This document shows positions 58,664 through 64,000 of a stretch of 64,000 bases of DNA, one piece after another. Within the stretch, counting starts at the first letter, position 1. Each line of letters begins with the position of its first letter. Source of the DNA: an uncultured Nitrospira sp. (GTDB taxonomy: Bacteria > Nitrospirota > Nitrospiria > Nitrospirales > Nitrospiraceae); the NCBI GenBank assembly GCA_964635345.1, contig CAZWOX010000011.1:13213-77212 (forward strand). The letters run 5' to 3'. Position numbers and translations under genes: made by a program. The notes beneath the pieces were generated by a model. The model searched no databases, was not told the DNA's origin, and saw only the letters and a list, made by a program, of their open reading frames with translations.

Positions 58664-60559
58664 ATGTATGTGCTGATCCCATTGCTCCCGCTGGCCGCCT
58701 TCCTCGTGCTGGGTCTGGCCGGCAACCGTATCAAGGACCGCGCGCATCTTGTCGCCGTCCCGGCGGTGGTCCTGTCGTGGCTCCTGTCCGTGTTCGCCTT
58801 TTTTGACGTCGCCCAGGGCGCTCCGATCAGCCGGCCGCTCTATACCTGGCTGACGTCCGGCTACCTCGACATCCACATCGGACTCTATCTCGACCGTCTG
58901 ACCGTCGTGATGCTCTTGCTGGTCACGACCGTCAGCTCGCTCGTCCACATCTACACCATCGGCTATATGCACGGAGAAGCGGGCTATGCGCGCTTTTTCA
59001 GCTACATCGCCCTGTTCACCTTCTCGATGCTGATGCTGGTGCTCGCCGACAACTTGTTACAGTTGTTCGTCTTCTGGGAAGCGGTCGGACTCTGCTCGTA
59101 CCTCTTGATCGGCCATTGGTATGAGCGCGCCCCGGCCTGCGCCGCCGCGACCAAAGCGTTTCTGGTCAATCGCGTGGGAGACTTCGGCTTCATGCTGGGC
59201 CTCCTGCTGGTCTGGTACTCCTTCGGCTCACTCAACTATCTGGACATCTTCCCTGCGGCCCATGAAGCGGCCAATCTCACCATGAACGTGCTGGGCCCCT
59301 TCGGCAGCACCTGGGATGTGTCGGTGTTCACCCTCATCTGCCTGCTGCTGTTTACCGGCGCCATCGGCAAGTCGGCGCAGGTGCCGCTGCATGTCTGGCT
59401 GCCGGATGCCATGGAAGGCCCGACCCCGATCTCCGCGCTGATCCATGCCGCCACGATGGTGACTGCCGGCGTCTTCATGGTGGCCAGACTCGCTCCTCTC
59501 TATAACCTGTCCCCGACCGCCATGACCGTCGTTGCGCTGGTCGGAGCCGCCACGATGGTGCTCGGCGCGACGATCGCGTTGACCCAGACCGACATCAAGC
59601 GCGTCGTCGCCTACTCGACCGTCAGCCAACTGGGCTACATGGTCATGGCCTGCGGCCTCGGCGCCTACAGCGCCGGCATGTACCATTTGCTCACGCACGG
59701 CGCCTTCAAAGCCTTGCTCTTCCTAGGCTGCGGCTCGGTGATCATCGCGCTGCACCACGAGCAGGACATGCGCCATATGGGCGGCCTGAAAGACAAGCTG
59801 CCGGTGACGTACTGGACGTTCATCGTCGGTTCGCTGGCCTTGGCCGGCTTTCCGTTGACCGCCGGCTTCTTCAGTAAGGACGATCTGCTGATCTCCGCCT
59901 GGTCGTCCGGCCCGCTTGGACAAGCGCTCACCGTGCTGGGATTGCTGACCGCCCTGATGACCGCGTTCTACAGTTTCCGCCTGGTCTTCGTCACGTTCTG
60001 GGGCCCCTCCCGCGTCGACAAGAAGCACGCCAAGCACGTGCATGAACCGTCGAACACGATGACGTTCCCGCTGATGGTGCTGGCTGTCTTGAGTATCGCA
60101 GCCGGCTACGTCGGCATCCCCGAATTTCTTGAGCCGGTGTTTACCCACGGCGAAACCGCAGCAGCCCATCATAGTGATGCGGGACTGGTGATCATGATCG
60201 TGGCCACGCTCATGGGCCTGACCGGAATTGCCGGAGCCTACTATGTATACGTATTGAACCCGCAGCTGCCGGATCAATTCGCCAACCGGTGGAAGACGTT
60301 GTACGAAGGCTCGTTGAATAAGTGGTATGTGGACGAGGCCTATGATCGCGCGTTCGTGCGGCCGACATTTGCGGTCGCCACCGACATGTGGAAGCGGATC
60401 GATGTGGCCGCCATCGATGGCGCGGTGAACGGCATCGCGCGCGGGGTCGCCTGGGGCGGATGGCTGTTGCGCCTGGCGCAAAGCGGACAGACCCAGCACT
60501 ATGCGCTCGCAATGGCGCTCGGCATGGTCATTCTGGTGACGGTCTTTTTGGTGTTCTGA
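58664..60559 (+). CDS. nuoL: NADH-quinone oxidoreductase subunit L
   Basis: GKSAQVPLHVWLPDAMEGPTPISALIHAATMV, HGAFKALLF. Confidence 0.97.
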   Translation: MYVLIPLLPLAAFLVLGLAGNRIKDRAHLVAVPAVVLSWLLSVFAFFDVAQGAPISRPLYTWLTSGYLDIHIGLYLDRLTVVMLLLVTTVSSLVHIYTIGYMHGEAGYARFFSYIALFTFSMLMLVLADNLLQLFVFWEAVGLCSYLLIGHWYERAPACAAATKAFLVNRVGDFGFMLGLLLVWYSFGSLNYLDIFPAAHEAANLTMNVLGPFGSTWDVSVFTLICLLLFTGAIGKSAQVPLHVWLPDAMEGPTPISALIHAATMVTAGVFMVARLAPLYNLSPTAMTVVALVGAATMVLGATIALTQTDIKRVVAYSTVSQLGYMVMACGLGAYSAGMYHLLTHGAFKALLFLGCGSVIIALHHEQDMRHMGGLKDKLPVTYWTFIVGSLALAGFPLTAGFFSKDDLLISAWSSGPLGQALTVLGLLTALMTAFYSFRLVFVTFWGPSRVDKKHAKHVHEPSNTMTFPLMVLAVLSIAAGYVGIPEFLEPVFTHGETAAAHHSDAGLVIMIVATLMGLTGIAGAYYVYVLNPQLPDQFANRWKTLYEGSLNKWYVDEAYDRAFVRPTFAVATDMWKRIDVAAIDGAVNGIARGVAWGGWLLRLAQSGQTQHYALAMALGMVILVTVFLVF

Positions 60560-60565
60560 GGTCTT

Positions 60566-62131
60566 ATGCAATCGGGCGGATTTTCCTGGCTGACATTGCT
60601 GATCTTCCTGCCGCTGGCAGGCGCGGCGGCGCTGTTCTTCGTCAAAGAGACCAGCGTCCGGATGGTGGCACTGGGAGTCACGGTCGCCGATCTGCTGTTC
60701 TCTCTTCCCCTCTGGTGGTTATTCGACGCCTCGTCGAGCCAGATGCAGTTTGCCGAGGATGTGCTGTGGATCACGTCCCCGCCCATTCATTACCACCTGG
60801 GACTGGACGGGATCAGCCTGCCGCTCATCTTGATGACGACCCTGCTCATGCCGCTCTGCGTCGCAATTTCCTGGCGCTCGATCGAAACGCGAGTCAGCAG
60901 CTTCATGGCCATGCTGCTCATCATGGAAGGCTCGATGATCGGCGTCTTCGCCGCATTGGATTTCGTGCTGTTCTATGTGTTCTGGGAAGCGATGCTGATC
61001 CCGATGTATTTCCTCATCGGCGTCTGGGGCGGCCCGAACCGTCTGTATGCCGCCATCAAGTTCTTCTTGTACACACTGGCGGGGAGCATCCTGTTATTAG
61101 TGGCGATTCTGGCGCTCTACTTCCAGGGTGGCCATACCTTCGACATCGTGCAACTCAGCCAGCAGACGTACTCGCCTCGACTCCAATTCTGGCTCTTCAT
61201 CGCGTTCTTTGCCGCCTTTGCGGTGAAGGTCCCGATGTTCCCGTTCCACACCTGGTTGCCGGACGCCCACGTCGAAGCGCCGACCGCCGGCAGTGTGATT
61301 CTCGCGAGCGTCCTTCTGAAGATGGGCACCTACGGTTTTCTGCGATTCAGTCTGCCCATGCTCCCGGACGCCTCCAAGGACTTCACACCCATGATCGTGG
61401 CTCTTTCGATCATCGCGATCGTGTACGGCGCCTATATGGCACTGGCCCAGGCGGATCTGAAGAAACTCATCGCCTACTCCAGCGTGAGCCACATGGGCTT
61501 TGTGACGCTCGGCCTCTTCATGTTCAATCAGCAAGGCATCGAAGGCGCCGTGATGCAGATGGTCAACCACGGCATCACCACCGGCGGTCTCTTCCTCTGC
61601 GTGGGCGTGATCTACGAACGGACGCACAGCCGGCAGATTGCCGACAATGTCGGGCTGACGAAACCGATGCCGCAGTATGCGACGCTGCTGGTCATTTTCT
61701 CCCTCTCTTCGCTGGGCCTTCCGGGCACCAACAGCTTTGTGGGTGAGTTCCTGGTGTTGGCCGGCACGTTCCTCTGGAGCAAGATCGCCGCGGCCCTCGC
61801 TTCGCTGGGTATCATATTGGCCGCAGCCTACATGCTCTGGATGGTCCAACGCGTCGCGTTCGGGATCCCATCGCCTCAGCAATTGCCCAAACTGACCGAT
61901 CTGAATCGGCGCGAGATGGCAACACTGATTCCGCTCGTCATACTCGTCTTCTGGATCGGCTTGTTTCCCAATCCGATTCTGAACCGTATGCATGCCTCGG
62001 TCACGAATGTCGTTGCCCGCGCGACGCATGGGCCGCAAGAGTCTCCGACCTCAACCGGTCAGATGACTCCGCCTGTTGAACCGACCCCGGCCGCGCAGAC
62101 CCTGCAGTCTATGGAGGCCACGCGCCCATGA
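60566..62131 (+). CDS. nuoM: NADH-quinone oxidoreductase subunit M
   Basis: KVPMFPFHTWLPDAHVEAPTAGS, AYSSVSHMG. Confidence 0.97.
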   Translation: MQSGGFSWLTLLIFLPLAGAAALFFVKETSVRMVALGVTVADLLFSLPLWWLFDASSSQMQFAEDVLWITSPPIHYHLGLDGISLPLILMTTLLMPLCVAISWRSIETRVSSFMAMLLIMEGSMIGVFAALDFVLFYVFWEAMLIPMYFLIGVWGGPNRLYAAIKFFLYTLAGSILLLVAILALYFQGGHTFDIVQLSQQTYSPRLQFWLFIAFFAAFAVKVPMFPFHTWLPDAHVEAPTAGSVILASVLLKMGTYGFLRFSLPMLPDASKDFTPMIVALSIIAIVYGAYMALAQADLKKLIAYSSVSHMGFVTLGLFMFNQQGIEGAVMQMVNHGITTGGLFLCVGVIYERTHSRQIADNVGLTKPMPQYATLLVIFSLSSLGLPGTNSFVGEFLVLAGTFLWSKIAAALASLGIILAAAYMLWMVQRVAFGIPSPQQLPKLTDLNRREMATLIPLVILVFWIGLFPNPILNRMHASVTNVVARATHGPQESPTSTGQMTPPVEPTPAAQTLQSMEATRP

Positions 62132-63603
62132 TGCTCTCGGCTCACGATCTCTTCGCCGTTCTGCCGGAGTTGCTGGTCATCTTCGCCGCCTGTGCGGTCC
62201 TGGCCTTGGACCCGATTACGCCGACATCCAAGAAAGACGGCCTGGCCTGGCTCAGCCTGGGCACGATGGCTGTCTGCATGGGATTGACCGCGGCGCGCTT
62301 CGGCTCGCCGACAACCGCCTTCGGCGGCCTGGTGGTGATCGACAACTACTCCTGTTTTTGGAAACTCCTGCTCTATTTCGTGACCGGACTGACAATTCTG
62401 CTGTCCTTCCCGTACCTGAAAGAAGAACGCATCTATCTCGGCGAGTACTATGGATTCATTCTCCTCGCCCTCTCCGGCATGATGGTCATGGTCTCCGGCG
62501 CCGACCTGCTGACGATCTACCTCGGCACCGAACTCATGTCCCTCTCCCTCTATGTCATGGCCGGCCTGAAGAGGACGGAGGCCAAATCGCTCGAAGCCTC
62601 GGCGAAATACTTCGTACTCGGGGCCTTTTCATCCGGCATTCTGCTCTACGGCATTTCTCTCTTATATGGTGCGGCCGGTACCACACAACTCCCGGCCATC
62701 GCCGCCGCGATTGCAGGTCGCAGTCTGGACGACCCCTTGCTCCTCTTCTCCACCATCCTCATCGCCGTAGGATTCAGCTTCAAGCTGGCCGTCGTGCCCT
62801 TCCATATGTGGACGCCGGACGTGTACCAGGGCGCCCCGACGTCCGTCACGGCTTTTATGGCGGTGGCCTCGAAAGCCGCCAGCTTCGGCGCCTTCATGCG
62901 GGTCTTCGTCGAAGGACTCGGCGGCGTGCGGGCCAACTGGTCGTTGATGTTCCTGCTGCTCTGCATGGGCACATTGATCCTGGGCAACATCGTCGCGCTT
63001 GTGCAAACGAACGTGAAGCGCATGCTCGCCTATTCGAGCATTGCCCACGCGGGCTATGCCTTGATCGGCGTTGTGGCCGCAGGGCGTCTGGCTCCGGTTG
63101 AAGCCTCGTCCGCCGTCTCAAGCGTCATGCTCTACATCGCGCTGTACGCCTTCATGACCTTCGGCGCCTTTACCATCATTGCGATGTTGCGGAAGGGCGG
63201 CCTGGAGGGCGATGAGATAGAAGACTTCAGCGGCCTGGCAAAACGCCATCCGTTCGCCGCGCTCCTCATGCTGGTGTTCATGGTTTCGCTGGCCGGCATC
63301 CCGCCGACCGCCGGGTTCATCGGGAAATTCTATGTATTCATGGCCGCCGTGCAGGCAGGGCTCACCTGGCTGGCCGTGCTGGCTCTGGTCTTTGCCGCAA
63401 TCTCGGCCTACTTCTACCTGCGGCTGGTGATGGTGATGTACATGCGGGAACCGGGTGCGGTCACCGCATTGTCGCCCAGATTCGTGTCGTCCCCGGCCCT
63501 CTCCATTGTCCTGGCCTGTGCGATTGCAGGCGTCGTGTTCTTCGGATTCTATCCCGATCCGATTGTGAACCTGGCAACCCAGGCCGCGCTGACGTTGAAA
63601 TAG
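62128..63603 (+). CDS. nuoN: NADH-quinone oxidoreductase subunit N
   Basis: FKLAVVPFHMWTPDVYQGAP, KRMLAYSSIAHAGY, SLAGIPPTAGFIGK. Confidence 0.97.
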   Translation: MMLSAHDLFAVLPELLVIFAACAVLALDPITPTSKKDGLAWLSLGTMAVCMGLTAARFGSPTTAFGGLVVIDNYSCFWKLLLYFVTGLTILLSFPYLKEERIYLGEYYGFILLALSGMMVMVSGADLLTIYLGTELMSLSLYVMAGLKRTEAKSLEASAKYFVLGAFSSGILLYGISLLYGAAGTTQLPAIAAAIAGRSLDDPLLLFSTILIAVGFSFKLAVVPFHMWTPDVYQGAPTSVTAFMAVASKAASFGAFMRVFVEGLGGVRANWSLMFLLLCMGTLILGNIVALVQTNVKRMLAYSSIAHAGYALIGVVAAGRLAPVEASSAVSSVMLYIALYAFMTFGAFTIIAMLRKGGLEGDEIEDFSGLAKRHPFAALLMLVFMVSLAGIPPTAGFIGKFYVFMAAVQAGLTWLAVLALVFAAISAYFYLRLVMVMYMREPGAVTALSPRFVSSPALSIVLACAIAGVVFFGFYPDPIVNLATQAALTLK

Positions 63604-63717
63604 CGCCTCCGGTTCGTCAAATAAGATGCGCCACGGGGAAACCCGTGTTAGGCTCACCTTCGCTGAACACTCGGCACTGCACCAGGCACATCTATCGCGA
63701 GCATCCTGGACTGAAAC

Positions 63718-64000
63718 ATGATGCAAGCCAGCCGCTTTATTCTCGATCTGCTCAAAGCCTTTCAGCGCCACGGCTGCGCCAGCCTGGCGGCGTCGTTGGC
63801 GTTCTTCTCGCTCCTCTCCCTGTTTCCGCTCGTCTTTCTGTTGTTGTACGGAGTCAGTTTTCTGGTCAGCCAGGACGTGATCGGCGAGCAGTTTCTTCTG
63901 AGCTTTCTGAAGGGGTTCCTCCCCTCGCTGGGCGAGCGTTTAGCCGAAGAACTCCACCGCATCAGTGTTCTCGAAAGTGTGCGCTGGGCCGTCTTTCTGT
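63718..64000 (+). CDS. YihY/BrkB family inner-membrane protein (truncated by window end)
   Basis: Manual translation MMQASRFILDLLKAFQRHGCASLAASLAFFSLLSLFPL..., open to the window edge. Confidence 0.8.
   Translation, partial: MMQASRFILDLLKAFQRHGCASLAASLAFFSLLSLFPLVFLLLYGVSFLVSQDVIGEQFLLSFLKGFLPSLGERLAEELHRISVLESVRWAVFL

Overview
GC-rich bacterial chromosome window. Gene content and intergenic repeat style suggest a Nitrospira-like nitrifier (inference, not a database result). From left to right it holds: isoprenoid/hopanoid genes; a GAF kinase-like protein lacking its phospho-His; nikR plus a TonB-dependent receptor with a candidate NikR operator; an ECF sigma/ChrR-like anti-sigma pair divergent from a truncated-globin, DUF4331, TonB, TPR, HupE/UreJ operon; degP, copA and dsbA; a ~16.5 kb minus-strand metal-handling gene array (39655 to 23106); secA; a small Mla/MCE ABC cassette bracketed by a duplicated secA 3' end; a MidA/NDUFAF7 methyltransferase; and a complete nuoA-N operon. 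The most striking signal is in the metal array. Five ~100-130 aa small ORFs share one architecture: hydrophobic N-terminus, His-rich patch, C-x-W-x-C, a spacer of 41-42 residues, then R(A/G)PP. Each lies directly upstream of an exported or outer-membrane metal-handling gene. They resemble CruR/DUF2946-like ribosome-arrest leader peptides, here repeated as a serial array of metal-sensing translational checkpoints. No rRNA, tRNA, CRISPR array or transposase was seen.
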